From NCBI GenBank assembly GCA_016194905.1, contig JACQAP010000021.1:140942-204941 (forward strand): DNA of 64,000 nucleotides, in the 5' to 3' direction. Source of the stretch: Betaproteobacteria bacterium. GTDB taxonomy: Bacteria; Pseudomonadota; Gammaproteobacteria; Burkholderiales; JACQAP01. Every line of letters starts with the position of its first letter. Within the stretch, counting starts at the first letter, position 1. Positions 28,457-37,298 of the stretch are shown in pieces. A program made the position numbers and the translations under genes. The notes beneath the pieces are model-generated. The model had not been told where the DNA came from. It searched no databases and saw only the letters and a list, made by a program, of their open reading frames with translations.

Positions 28457-28552
28457 GAAGAACCATGAACTATGGAAAGGCGTGATGCCTCAATCAGGCG
28501 CGATGGATGAAAATCGAATGCCGGCCATGCCGGCTTTTGTTTTGCGACCAGG
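28457..28552. repeat. direct repeat copy 2: relic of a fliA 3' end plus orphan terminator
   Basis: Matches 17786-17885. The upstream frame reads ...ARAKSLLREEP* (stop 28466-28468) versus fliA ...ARLRSMLREEP*. Hairpin GCCGG-CCATG-CCGGC plus TTTTGTTTT with no plus-strand gene ending upstream of it. Confidence 0.75.
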
Positions 28553-28778
28553 AATTGAAAAGCGCTAGTGCGGAGGATTCCTTTCAATATTCAGTGAGCG
28601 TCCTCGACGGGTAATCGAGGGGGGTGGCAGGGTACTACTGAGGTGATGGTTTGCAATGTGGTCCAAGACGGTCTAGATTGAATCGCCATGCAGATTGCAT
28701 TGACCCGAAAATATCAGGCGTCCGAAGTGACGCAAAATAAAGTGTCTTTTAGGAGTTCTGCTTTACGTTAGGCCGACC

Positions 28779-29228
28779 ATGACTGAGAAAACGGAAGAAG
28801 AGAAGTTCTTGGAGGCCCACCAAAAGGAACGGGATGTTCTATTCTCAAACGAATCCTTCGTTATCGGCGTTCTTCAAGCAGTTTCTGGCGGCTCACTGTT
28901 TGCTGCCTTAGCGCAGTCAGAAACTCTCCTCAAGCTTGCGGGAAAGCTACCATTTCTTACCTTTCTCACATTGATGGGTATCAGTCTGATATCGGCCGTA
29001 TTCGCCGCGTACTGGAAACATCAATACAAGATGTGGGACGTCAAAGCACGTGTGAGTGGGGCAGGCGGCAATTCAGCAGAGATGAAAATACGCTCGGAAT
29101 CTTCCAGTACACATTTGGTCGCAATGCGCCAAGCTATGTTTGTTGCCGTGATTGTGTTCGTGTTTGGCCTAGGTAACCTTTTGTTTTTTGCGTGGGCTCG
29201 GGCCTTGTGTCCTGCTGTCTCAGCCTAA
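28779..29228 (+). CDS. small membrane protein (3 predicted TM helices), unknown family
   Basis: 149 aa. Hydrophobic stretches FVIGVLQAVSGGSLFAALA, LPFLTFLTLMGISLISAVFAAYW and AMFVAVIVFVFGLGNLLFFAWA. Charged N-terminus. Weak RBS. Confidence 0.5.
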   Translation: MTEKTEEEKFLEAHQKERDVLFSNESFVIGVLQAVSGGSLFAALAQSETLLKLAGKLPFLTFLTLMGISLISAVFAAYWKHQYKMWDVKARVSGAGGNSAEMKIRSESSSTHLVAMRQAMFVAVIVFVFGLGNLLFFAWARALCPAVSA

Positions 29229-29304
29229 CTTTGGGTCGAGCGGACCGTCCGCACGGTCCGCCCCTCACCAAGGTGTTATCCGTTCCATTACCGGTGCAAT
29301 CACC

Positions 29305-30936
29305 ATGCCGCTAAGCGATCCATCGATCAAGAAGCTGACGAATCTGATCAAGGACAGCTTTCGCGTTCGCCGGAACCAGCGCCCTCTATATGTTGACCTT
29401 GGTGGAAGCCTTGAGCGCATTGCTGCGGCCCAACACCAGGTAATTTTCGGCCGCCGTGGATCGGGGAAGTCCTGCCTCCTCGTGCACTACCTAAATACTA
29501 CGGCGGACAGCCGTATCCTCCCGATCTACGTTCTCGCTGACGAGTTCAAGAAGCTCACCTATCCGGACATCCTGATCCGGCTACTCGTTGAAATACTTGA
29601 ATCAATGCCAGTGCGCTGGGCTGTATTCAAAAAACTCCTTCGGAGACCAGCGCCGACTCGCGTCGCGGCCGAAGAACTTCGTAAGCTGTTGGACGTTGCC
29701 GACGAGTCAGAGGTAATAGAAGATCGGCAGCACCGCACAGCAGACACAGCCGGTGTCAACGTAAGCGCCCAAGGTGTGGGGCAGGCTGCGATTGGGTCCA
29801 CAACAGATCAAGCTCAAACGCGCTCCTCCAGGTTCAAGGAGCGGAAAATCGACACCTTGGAAAGACATTTGAGAGACTACAAGAACGCCATCATCAGCGC
29901 CGTGAAGACATCAAGGGCAGAGAGAGGCTGTGTCCTGATTGACGATTTCTATCTCATTTCTAGAGAATGGCAGGCCGACGTTTTCGACTATATCCATCGG
30001 TTGTTGCGTGACAGCGACGTCTACCTCAAGGTTGCGACGATCCGCCACCGCACGACGCTGCTCCGGAACCGACCGCAGACAGTCGGCGTTGAGTTGGGCC
30101 AGGATGTAGAGGAGATCAATCTTGACCGAACCCTGGAGGACCTGGAGGCGACAGAACAGTACCTCCTTCAGATGCTCAGAACGATGGGCGAGCGCGTCGG
30201 AGTGACAGACCTCATGGCCTACTTTAACCCGGACGCGCTTCAGGCTCTAACGCTCGCCTCGGGTGGTGTTCCACGCGACTTCCTGAATATCTTCGTCAAC
30301 GCCGTAGAAGTTGGAGTGCCAGAGGAGCGAGCAAAGTGGCTGACTCCCAGAAACATATACAAGGGAGCCGGCCGCTTGGCGTACCAGACCAAGCTCAAGA
30401 ATCTGCGTGATGACGCAGGTTTAGACGCCGCGGGTCTTGACCGTGTTCTGGTTGATCTATTGACGTTTTGCCTCAAGGAGAAGCGCAAGACGGCATTCTT
30501 GATCTCGCAGGACGAGGCCCAGCAGCATCCTGGAGAACACCGTCTTATTCAGCAGTTGATGGACTTCAAGCTAATCCATGTCGTCGAACCCGACACCTCT
30601 GCGGCATCGGGTCGTAGCGGCCGCTATGAAGCGTACACGTTGGACTTTTCTTTGTTCATGGAACCACGACGGAGAAGCATCGAGATAATAGAGTTCTGGC
30701 GGAGAGGAGAAGATAGTCATCGCGTTGGCATCCGAGAAGCACCCGTCTATGGGCTGGATCGTGTTGCGCGCGTGTTTGAGGAGGCATCAACTGGTACGAG
30801 CCCCGAAGCCTTCTTGGACGAGCCCGACGTAGAGACAGGCGCCAAGGAGCAGCCCCAAGCTCGTAGTGCACGCGAACTGGAGCGAGGTGTTCAGGGGAAC
30901 CTCTTTGATAGAGTGAACGGTCGGGGAGATCGGTAA
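29305..30936 (+). CDS. orphan P-loop NTPase (AAA+/Orc1-Cdc6-like features) with winged-helix-like C-terminal region
   Basis: Walker A GRRGSGKS (29449-29472). Walker B CVLIDDF (29929-29946). Lid-like GGVPRDFLNIF. C-terminal HTH-like segment (HRLIQQLMDFKLIHVVE...RYEAYTLDF). I could name no family. Confidence 0.7.
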   Translation: MPLSDPSIKKLTNLIKDSFRVRRNQRPLYVDLGGSLERIAAAQHQVIFGRRGSGKSCLLVHYLNTTADSRILPIYVLADEFKKLTYPDILIRLLVEILESMPVRWAVFKKLLRRPAPTRVAAEELRKLLDVADESEVIEDRQHRTADTAGVNVSAQGVGQAAIGSTTDQAQTRSSRFKERKIDTLERHLRDYKNAIISAVKTSRAERGCVLIDDFYLISREWQADVFDYIHRLLRDSDVYLKVATIRHRTTLLRNRPQTVGVELGQDVEEINLDRTLEDLEATEQYLLQMLRTMGERVGVTDLMAYFNPDALQALTLASGGVPRDFLNIFVNAVEVGVPEERAKWLTPRNIYKGAGRLAYQTKLKNLRDDAGLDAAGLDRVLVDLLTFCLKEKRKTAFLISQDEAQQHPGEHRLIQQLMDFKLIHVVEPDTSAASGRSGRYEAYTLDFSLFMEPRRRSIEIIEFWRRGEDSHRVGIREAPVYGLDRVARVFEEASTGTSPEAFLDEPDVETGAKEQPQARSARELERGVQGNLFDRVNGRGDR

Positions 30937-31003
30937 CAAAATAGTCTGAGGACATGGGTTACACTTTCGGGGTCGCAACCCGGCTGCCGCAGGATCGATC
31001 CGA

Positions 31004-31642
31004 ATGTATCTGCCTTCCCACTTCGAAGAAACCCGCGCCGAAGTTTTGCACGAACTGATCCGCAGCCATCCGCTGGGTGCGCTGGTTACGTTCGGCTCCG
31101 ATGGGCTGAACGCAAACCATGTTCCCTTTGAGATCGACCCCGCGCCCGCGCCGTTCGGTACATTGCGCGCTCACGTAGCGCGGGCGAATCCGGTGTGGCG
31201 CGAGTTCTCGAAGGAAGTCGAATCGCTGGTGATTTTTCAGGGGCCGCAAATCTACATCACGCCGTCCTGGTACCAGACCAAAAGGGAAACCGGGAAAGTG
31301 GTGCCGACTTTCAACTACATCGTGGTGCATGCCTACGGCGCCATGCGTGTCATCGAGGACGCCGACTGGTTGCGCAAGTTTGTCGGTGGATTGACCGCTC
31401 GTTTCGAGGCGGCCCGTGCACAGCCGTGGGCTATCAGCGATGCGCCGGAGGAATTCGTCGCCATGCAGTTGCGTGCAATCGTCGGGATCGAAATTGCCGT
31501 TACCCGGCTGGTCGGAAAATGGAAGACCAGCCAGAATCGGCCGGCGGCGGATCAACAAGGCGTCGTGGCGGGATTGCGCGAATCGGACGATGCGGTTGCG
31601 CAGGCGATGGCTGACGCGGTCGAACGCAACTGGAAGGCCTAG
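31004..31642 (+). CDS. PaiB-family FMN-binding putative transcriptional regulator
   Basis: MYLPSHFEETR...HVPFEID...GTLRAHVARANPVWR...ITPSWYQTK...VPTFNYIVVHAYG matches the PaiB family pattern. Confidence 0.75.
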   Translation: MYLPSHFEETRAEVLHELIRSHPLGALVTFGSDGLNANHVPFEIDPAPAPFGTLRAHVARANPVWREFSKEVESLVIFQGPQIYITPSWYQTKRETGKVVPTFNYIVVHAYGAMRVIEDADWLRKFVGGLTARFEAARAQPWAISDAPEEFVAMQLRAIVGIEIAVTRLVGKWKTSQNRPAADQQGVVAGLRESDDAVAQAMADAVERNWKA

Positions 31643-31747
31643 GGCGCGGGGTGGATTGGTTCACGGGGGGTGTTCGTGCTCGCCGTGTTCGGTTTCTGGA
31701 TCTCGCACACGGGTTTCCGCTGACCGGATTCAACCACCTGCCTATGC

Positions 31748-31783
31748 AAATGAAAACGCCGGCGTCTGCCGGCGTTTTCATTT
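31748..31783. terminator. bidirectional hairpin terminator between paiB-like gene and flgN
   Basis: Perfect 16-bp stem AAATGAAAACGCCGGC / GCCGGCGTTTTCATTT, loop GTCT, with A/T runs on both sides. Confidence 0.7.
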
Positions 31784-31798
31784 GAACGGGAAGGGGGA

Positions 31799-32284
31799 TC
31801 AGCCTTGAGCCAGGCGGCGCGAAGCACCGGAGCCATAATTGGTGATGCCGCTCGTGCTGTAAAGCGAGGTGCGGGGGCCGCTGATCGCGTCGATCGCGCG
31901 ATCGACATGCGCAAGGCGCTGGTTGACCAGAAATCCGTTTCCGGCGTTCAGTTCGGCAGCGCGCCGCGCCACGTCGAGCAGGTTGCTCCAGATTTCCTGT
32001 GCGTCGGGATCGGAGCCGAGAAGTTGCCGTATGCCCGCCGCGGTCCCCGATACACCGGCGACGCCGAGCAGGCGCGCACGCTGTTCGGCACAACGCGAAA
32101 GAATTTCCATGAGGGTGGTTTTTTCCGCGGCCAGCCCGGGGAGCGTGTCGGCCTTGCCTTCACCGAGCGCGCCGCGTTCCTGCTCGAGCAGCGTCACGAA
32201 CGATTGCATCGTAACGAGTTCTTCCGCAACGGCCTTGGCGAAACTGCCAGCATTGGAGCCTGATCGCGCCGGGGTCTGCATCAT
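31799..32284 (-). CDS. flgN: flagellar chaperone FlgN
   Basis: Position downstream of flgM. FlgN-like helical sequence (MQSFVTLLEQERGAL...LEILSRCAEQRARLL). Confidence 0.75.
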   Translation of the reverse strand: MMQTPARSGSNAGSFAKAVAEELVTMQSFVTLLEQERGALGEGKADTLPGLAAEKTTLMEILSRCAEQRARLLGVAGVSGTAAGIRQLLGSDPDAQEIWSNLLDVARRAAELNAGNGFLVNQRLAHVDRAIDAISGPRTSLYSTSGITNYGSGASRRLAQG

Positions 32285-32289
32285 GTCGG

Positions 32290-32589
32290 TTATCGCTTGT
32301 AAGCGACGATCAGGTCCCGGACGGTCTGCAGCAGACGGTCCGCCACGACGTCCGGATTGACCTTGAAACGGCCCTCCGAGATGGCCTGCTTGATCTCCGC
32401 TACGCGGGCCGCATCGACGACTTCGCCGCTGGATACTTGCGCGTCCAGTGCCTGCAACTGGGAGGACAGGCCGCTGAGTTCGACGCTGACGCCAGGCTCG
32501 GGCCTGGCCGAATCCGTCTTGCCGCTCTTGCCGGTGACACCTTCACCGGCGATGCTCCCCACGGACTTGAATGAATTATCGATCTTCAT
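32290..32589 (-). CDS. flgM: anti-sigma-28 factor FlgM
   Basis: 99 aa. C-terminal FlgM signature (VAEIKQAISEGRFKVNPDVVADRLL). AAGGAAG RBS. Confidence 0.85.
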   Translation of the reverse strand: MKIDNSFKSVGSIAGEGVTGKSGKTDSARPEPGVSVELSGLSSQLQALDAQVSSGEVVDAARVAEIKQAISEGRFKVNPDVVADRLLQTVRDLIVAYKR

Positions 32590-32625
32590 GGCAAATCTTC
32601 CTTGGTCTGAAGCTGGTTCGATAGT

Positions 32626-32652
32626 TTATCGGCATTTCCCCTGGGGACTTTA
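32626..32652 (-). promoter_or_regulatory. sigma-28 promoter of flgMN
   Basis: Minus strand reads TAAAGTCC-N11-GCCGATAA, a near-consensus match. The -10 lies about 37 nt upstream of the flgM ATG. Confidence 0.65.
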
Positions 32653-32720
32653 GGCCGCGAACCGCTATTTTATCCACCTGTCGGTCCTGTTATCGGCACC
32701 CGCCCACGAGTCCTTGAGCC

Positions 32721-33413
32721 CTATTTGACCACTTCGACGATCGGCCCGGGACGCACGATGCCGCTGACGACGGCGCCGGTGAGGGTTTTTACCTGAACGC
32801 GCTCACCTTCGGGGGCCTTGCCCAGAGAATGGCCTTCCGAACTGATCCTGAATCCGCGCCCATTCACGATCAGGGCGACCAATTGGCCCTGAACGATGGC
32901 CGGCGGTTCGTGCACCGCATCGCGGCGCAATGGCTGACCCGCCCGCACGCTGTTGGCGAGACGGCGGCCCATGGCTTGCGAGGCGTCGGTCAGTACACCG
33001 GCGGGTAGCTGCGTGAGGTCTCCCTGTTGCACCGAAAAATCGCCGGCGGCGATTTCCTGGCCGAGCGCGAGCGGCCGGGCGGCTATCAAATAACTGGCGG
33101 AGACTTTGACGCTGGCCGGCACGTAGATCGTCCAGGCGGAAGGAATTGCACAACGCACGCCGACGGTGGTTTGTCCCCACGCCCGGCTGCCCGCCGGGAA
33201 AAAAGTCTGCAACCGCGTGCATGCCGACAACGAAACTCGCGTGTCGATCTTTCCGACTTCGATGGTGACCTGGCCGGGCAGACCTTCGGTTTCCCGCTTC
33301 AGGAAACTTTCCGCTGCATTGTTGATCTGCGCGGGATCCTGACGCAACTCGGCTGCGTGCAGCGAGACCACCACTAGCATCGTCGTCAGCAATCCGGTTC
33401 GCTTCAACTCCAT
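32721..33413 (-). CDS. flgA: flagellar P-ring assembly chaperone FlgA
   Basis: Signal peptide from MELKRTGLLTTMLVVVSLHA. SAF-like C-terminus (AGQPLRRDAV..., VQVKTLTGAVVSGIV). Divergent from flgB. The ORF extends to 33446. Confidence 0.8.
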   Translation of the reverse strand: MELKRTGLLTTMLVVVSLHAAELRQDPAQINNAAESFLKRETEGLPGQVTIEVGKIDTRVSLSACTRLQTFFPAGSRAWGQTTVGVRCAIPSAWTIYVPASVKVSASYLIAARPLALGQEIAAGDFSVQQGDLTQLPAGVLTDASQAMGRRLANSVRAGQPLRRDAVHEPPAIVQGQLVALIVNGRGFRISSEGHSLGKAPEGERVQVKTLTGAVVSGIVRPGPIVEVVK

Positions 33414-33602
33414 CTCCTTCGCGTGGCCCGCGTGACTCACCGGCAATTCTTGCCGTCGGATGCAATGATCCCCTGAAAGCGGTGTGCACCGTGTCCCGAA
33501 TTGAGGGGCCTTTCCGCCTCTTTTCGCAAATTTGCCGTTGCAATGGACAGCCTAGCATGGGCTCCGTGAAAAAGCGGGTCAAGGCCCGCAGGAGCCGCAC
33601 GG

Positions 33603-33974
33603 ATGAACAAGCTCGACGAGTTGTTGAATTTCAATCACCAGGCGCTGAACCTGCGCTCGCAGCGCCAGCAGGTGCTGGCATCGAACATTGCGAATGCCGA
33701 TACGCCGGGATACAAGGCGCGCGATTTCGATTTCAAGTCTGCGCTGGCCACGGCCGTGGCGCAGCCGGCGACGACGGAGGCTTCCGGCGGCGCGACACCA
33801 GCGCCCCAGCCCGAATTGTTGTATCGAAGCGTGATCCAGCCGTCCATCGACGGAAACACGGTGGACATGGACGTCGAGCGCGCCCAGTTCGCCGAGAACA
33901 CGGTGCACTACGAAGCCAACATCACGATGTTGACGCATCAGATCCGCATGATGCTCGCGGCCATCCAGGGGTAG
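33603..33974 (+). CDS. flgB: flagellar proximal rod protein FlgB
   Basis: SQRQQVLASNIANADTPGYKARD rod N-terminal motif. 123 aa. First gene of the flgB operon. Confidence 0.92.
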   Translation: MNKLDELLNFNHQALNLRSQRQQVLASNIANADTPGYKARDFDFKSALATAVAQPATTEASGGATPAPQPELLYRSVIQPSIDGNTVDMDVERAQFAENTVHYEANITMLTHQIRMMLAAIQG

Positions 33975-33980
33975 TCGATC

Positions 33981-34388
33981 ATGACTTCATTGTTGAAGAT
34001 ATTCGACGTCGCCGCTTCGGCGATGACGGCGCAGTCACAGCGGCTGAACGTAGTGGCCAGCAACCTGGCCAACGCGGACAGCGCCTCCGGTCCCGACGGC
34101 AAGGCTTACAAGGCCAGGCAGGTCGTGTTCTCCACGCAGAACATGGGCAGCCCGGAAAACGCCGGGGTACGCGTCACCGGCGTGATCGAGGACCCCTCGC
34201 CGATGAAACGACTCTTCGAACCGAATCATCCAATGGCCGACGCCAGCGGATACGTGACCATGCCCAACGTCAATGTCGTCGAGGAAATGGTGAACATGAT
34301 CTCGGCTTCGCGCGCGTACCAGAACAACGTCGAAGCCATGAACACCGCCAAGACACTGCTGGCGAAAACGCTGACCATCGGCCAGTAA
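33981..34388 (+). CDS. flgC: flagellar proximal rod protein FlgC
   Basis: [22 protein letters not shown]... and C-terminal [22 protein letters not shown]. Confidence 0.92.
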   Translation: MTSLLKIFDVAASAMTAQSQRLNVVASNLANADSASGPDGKAYKARQVVFSTQNMGSPENAGVRVTGVIEDPSPMKRLFEPNHPMADASGYVTMPNVNVVEEMVNMISASRAYQNNVEAMNTAKTLLAKTLTIGQ

Positions 34389-34402
34389 TCGCGGAGAAAA
34401 AC

Positions 34403-35062
34403 ATGACGACGATTGCAGAGCTGCAAAGCACACTGGGTGCATCGACGGCAAAGGCCTCGACGAGTTCCGCTGCCGATGCACAGGACCGCTTTCTCAAGCT
34501 GCTGGTGACGCAGATGCAGAACCAGGACCCGCTCAATCCGATGGACAATGCCCAGGTCACGACACAACTGGCGCAACTGAACACGGTGACCGGAATCGAG
34601 CAACTCAACAAGACGCTCGGGCAGATGGCCGCGTCCAGTGCTGCGCAGCAGTCGCTGCAGGCGGCGATGCTGGTCGGCCGTGAAGTGCTGGTGGCCGGCA
34701 ATCAAATCAGTTTCAGCGGGCAGCCCGTGCGCTTCGGCGTAGACCTGCCGCAAGCCGTCGATGGCATGACGATCGATATCGCCGACAGCAAAGGCAATGT
34801 CGTGGAGAGTTTTCAGACCGGCGCACAACCGCAGGGCGCGACGACGTTGGAGTGGGATGGCCTGGATGCGTCCGGGACGGCGTTGCCCGCGGGCAAGTAT
34901 GTCGTCTCGGCCAAGGCCAGTTCAGGCAGCGCGGCAGTGACCGCGACAACGCTTATCAGCGGAAAAGTGCAGTCGGTAGGCAGTGCCGCAGACGGCAGCA
35001 TCCAGTTGCAGCTATCCGGCGCGGGCAATGTCGGCATCGCCGATATCAAACGATTCTTATAA
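34403..35062 (+). CDS. flgD: hook capping/assembly protein FlgD
   Basis: ATG 34403 inside the long ORF. FLKLLVTQMQNQDPLNPMDN motif. Confidence 0.9.
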   Translation: MTTIAELQSTLGASTAKASTSSAADAQDRFLKLLVTQMQNQDPLNPMDNAQVTTQLAQLNTVTGIEQLNKTLGQMAASSAAQQSLQAAMLVGREVLVAGNQISFSGQPVRFGVDLPQAVDGMTIDIADSKGNVVESFQTGAQPQGATTLEWDGLDASGTALPAGKYVVSAKASSGSAAVTATTLISGKVQSVGSAADGSIQLQLSGAGNVGIADIKRFL

Positions 35063-35080
35063 TTCGGCAAGGAGACAGTC

Positions 35081-36343
35081 ATGGCATTTCAGCAGGGTCT
35101 GAGCGGTCTGAACGCGGCGTCCAAGGGATTGGACGTCATCGGCAACAACATCGCCAACTCGAACACGGTCGGCTTCAAGTCCTCGCAGGCGCAGTTCGCG
35201 GATGTGTACGCCAATTCGCTGCTGGGCGGGGGCAATGCGGTCGGCATCGGCACCCAGGTTGCCACGATTGCGCAGCAGTTTTCGCAGGGCAATGTCTCCT
35301 CAACGAGCAATCCGCTGGATGTCGCCATCAACGGCAACGGTTTTTTCCGCATGAGCGACAACGGCGCAATCACCTTCAGCCGCAACGGCCAGTTCCAGCT
35401 CGACAAGGCGGGCTTCATCGTCAACGCCCAGGGCCTGTCGCTGACCGGATATCCGGTGGATGCGAATGGCCTGATCGTGCCGTCTTCGCCGACTCCACTG
35501 CAAATCCCGACCGGAGACATTGCACCGCAGGTTACTACCACCATGGACGCCACGCTGAACCTGGACGCGCGTCTGGCGCAACCAGTCACCGCGACCTTCG
35601 ATCCGGCGGATCCGACCAGCTACAACAATTCGACGTCCCTGACGCTGTACGACACTTTGGGCAATCCGCATCTGCTGTCGATGTTCTTCGTCAAGACTGC
35701 AACGCCCAATCAATGGAATACGTTTGCCACAGTGGACGGGACGCCGGCTGCGAACGTGGATCTCGGCGGTGGAGCCGGCGTGGCGACGCCGCTCGATTTC
35801 AGCACCGGCGGCGTCCTGACAACCGCGATGCCGATTACGGCGACCATCGATCTGGCTGCCGTCGCGACCGACCTCGGGCTGGTCAATGGCGCGACCACGC
35901 CGCTGACGTTCACGATGGATTTCCGCGGCACCTCGCAATTCGGCTCCAGCTTCGGCGTCAGCTCGCTGGCACAGAACGGCTATACCTCCGGTCGGTTGGC
36001 CGGACTCGCGGTCGGCCAGGACGGCATCATCCAGGGCCGTTACAGCAACGGCCAGTCGCGCAACATCGGCCAGATCGTACTGGCGAACTTCAACAATCCT
36101 CAAGGGCTGAAGCCGCTGGGTAACAACCAGTGGGCGGAAGCATCGGATTCGGGTCCGGCGGCGGTCGGCGCGCCGAGCACCGGTTCGCTGGGACTGTTGC
36201 AGGCCTCCTCGGTCGAAGAATCCAATGTCGACCTGACCGCCGAACTCGTCAACATGATCACGATGCAGCGCGCCTACCAGGCCAATGCGCAGACGATCAA
36301 GACGCAGGATTCAATATTGCAGACGCTCGTCAATCTCCGCTAA
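35081..36343 (+). CDS. flgE: flagellar hook protein FlgE
   Basis: MAFQQGLSGLNAASKGLDVIGNNIANSNTVGFK. C-terminal MITMQRAYQANAQTIKTQD. Confidence 0.92.
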   Translation: MAFQQGLSGLNAASKGLDVIGNNIANSNTVGFKSSQAQFADVYANSLLGGGNAVGIGTQVATIAQQFSQGNVSSTSNPLDVAINGNGFFRMSDNGAITFSRNGQFQLDKAGFIVNAQGLSLTGYPVDANGLIVPSSPTPLQIPTGDIAPQVTTTMDATLNLDARLAQPVTATFDPADPTSYNNSTSLTLYDTLGNPHLLSMFFVKTATPNQWNTFATVDGTPAANVDLGGGAGVATPLDFSTGGVLTTAMPITATIDLAAVATDLGLVNGATTPLTFTMDFRGTSQFGSSFGVSSLAQNGYTSGRLAGLAVGQDGIIQGRYSNGQSRNIGQIVLANFNNPQGLKPLGNNQWAEASDSGPAAVGAPSTGSLGLLQASSVEESNVDLTAELVNMITMQRAYQANAQTIKTQDSILQTLVNLR

Positions 36344-36353
36344 CGCGGAGATT

Positions 36354-36463
36354 GAGGGACGAGGGACTGGAGAACAGGGACTAGGGGCTAGGGACTAGAG
36401 GGACCTACACCCTTCACTTATTCATTCCTTCACTGTTCACCGTTCACTCTTCACTGATTTCAC
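36354..36463. repeat. intergenic double heptamer array (GGGAC-type units, then TTCAC-type units)
   Basis: GAGGGAC GAGGGAC TGGAGAAC AGGGAC TAGGGGC TAGGGAC TAGAGGGAC, then CTTCACT TATTCAT TCCTTCAC TGTTCAC CGTTCAC TCTTCAC TGATTTCAC. The array ends at the flgF ATG. Confidence 0.8.
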
Positions 36464-37204
36464 ATGGATCGACTCATCTACACGGCAATGACCGGCGCCA
36501 AGCACCTGCTCGATCAGCAGGCGGTGGTGGCGCACAACCTGGCCAATGCCAACACCACGGGGTTCCGCGCCGAGTTGAGCGCGTTTCGTGTCGTCCCCGT
36601 GATTGGAGACGGGTTGAACACGCGTGCCTTCGTAGTGGACTCGACAGTTGGTGCGGATCTGGCGCCGGGCGTGCTACAGCAGACTGGTCGCCCGCTCGAC
36701 ATCGCGGTTCAGGGTGGGGGATTCATTGCGGTGCAGACCGCGGATGGCGGCGAGGCCTATACGCGAGCCGGTGATCTCCAGGTCAGCGTAAATGGACAAC
36801 TGCAGACCCGCAATGGCAATGCGGTGCTCGGGGATGGGGGGCCGATCGCGATCCCGCCTGACTCGACGCTGACGATCGCATCCGATGGCACGATCTCCAT
36901 GGTGCCGACGATCGGCGTACCCAATGCGGTGGCCACCGTCGGCCGGATCAAACTGGTCAATCCCTCCGAAAGCGAAATCGTGCGTGGCGGCGACGGCTTG
37001 TTCCGCATGAAGAGCGGGAACCCCGCCGAACCCGATGCCAGCGTTGCGCTGGCGCCCGGCGTCCTGGAAGGAAGCAACGTCAACGTGGTCGAGGCCATGG
37101 TCAGCCTGATCGAGAACGCCCGCCAGTTCGACATGCAGATGAAGATGCTGCAGAACGCGGAGAGCAATGCCTCGCAGGCCATGACGGTTCTGACGGCAAG
37201 ATGA
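36464..37204 (+). CDS. flgF: flagellar proximal rod protein FlgF
   Basis: [36 protein letters not shown]. 246 aa. Confidence 0.9.
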   Translation: MDRLIYTAMTGAKHLLDQQAVVAHNLANANTTGFRAELSAFRVVPVIGDGLNTRAFVVDSTVGADLAPGVLQQTGRPLDIAVQGGGFIAVQTADGGEAYTRAGDLQVSVNGQLQTRNGNAVLGDGGPIAIPPDSTLTIASDGTISMVPTIGVPNAVATVGRIKLVNPSESEIVRGGDGLFRMKSGNPAEPDASVALAPGVLEGSNVNVVEAMVSLIENARQFDMQMKMLQNAESNASQAMTVLTAR

Positions 37205-37298
37205 CATCCGGTTCGAGATTCAAGGTACGAGGGTCGAGTTGGATGAATGGCTCGGTCCGCAGTCCTCGCAATCCGGCCCTTTCACTAGGATCAACACC

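Larger units (their letters stand above)
28553..30960. mobile_element. lower-GC accessory cassette (two genes) between the fliA relic and paiB
   Basis: By eye the region is clearly more AT-rich and uses different codons than the flanks. It has unusually long noncoding leaders. No repeats or integrase were identified at its ends. Confidence 0.45.

Noticed and set aside
33482-34402. N-terminal 307 codons of the 526-aa ORF 33482-35062
   Set aside because: This part overlaps flgB and flgC in another frame and is Arg-rich nonsense. Only the portion from ATG 34403 (flgD) is credible. The same logic applies to 38122-38847, upstream of the flgI start.
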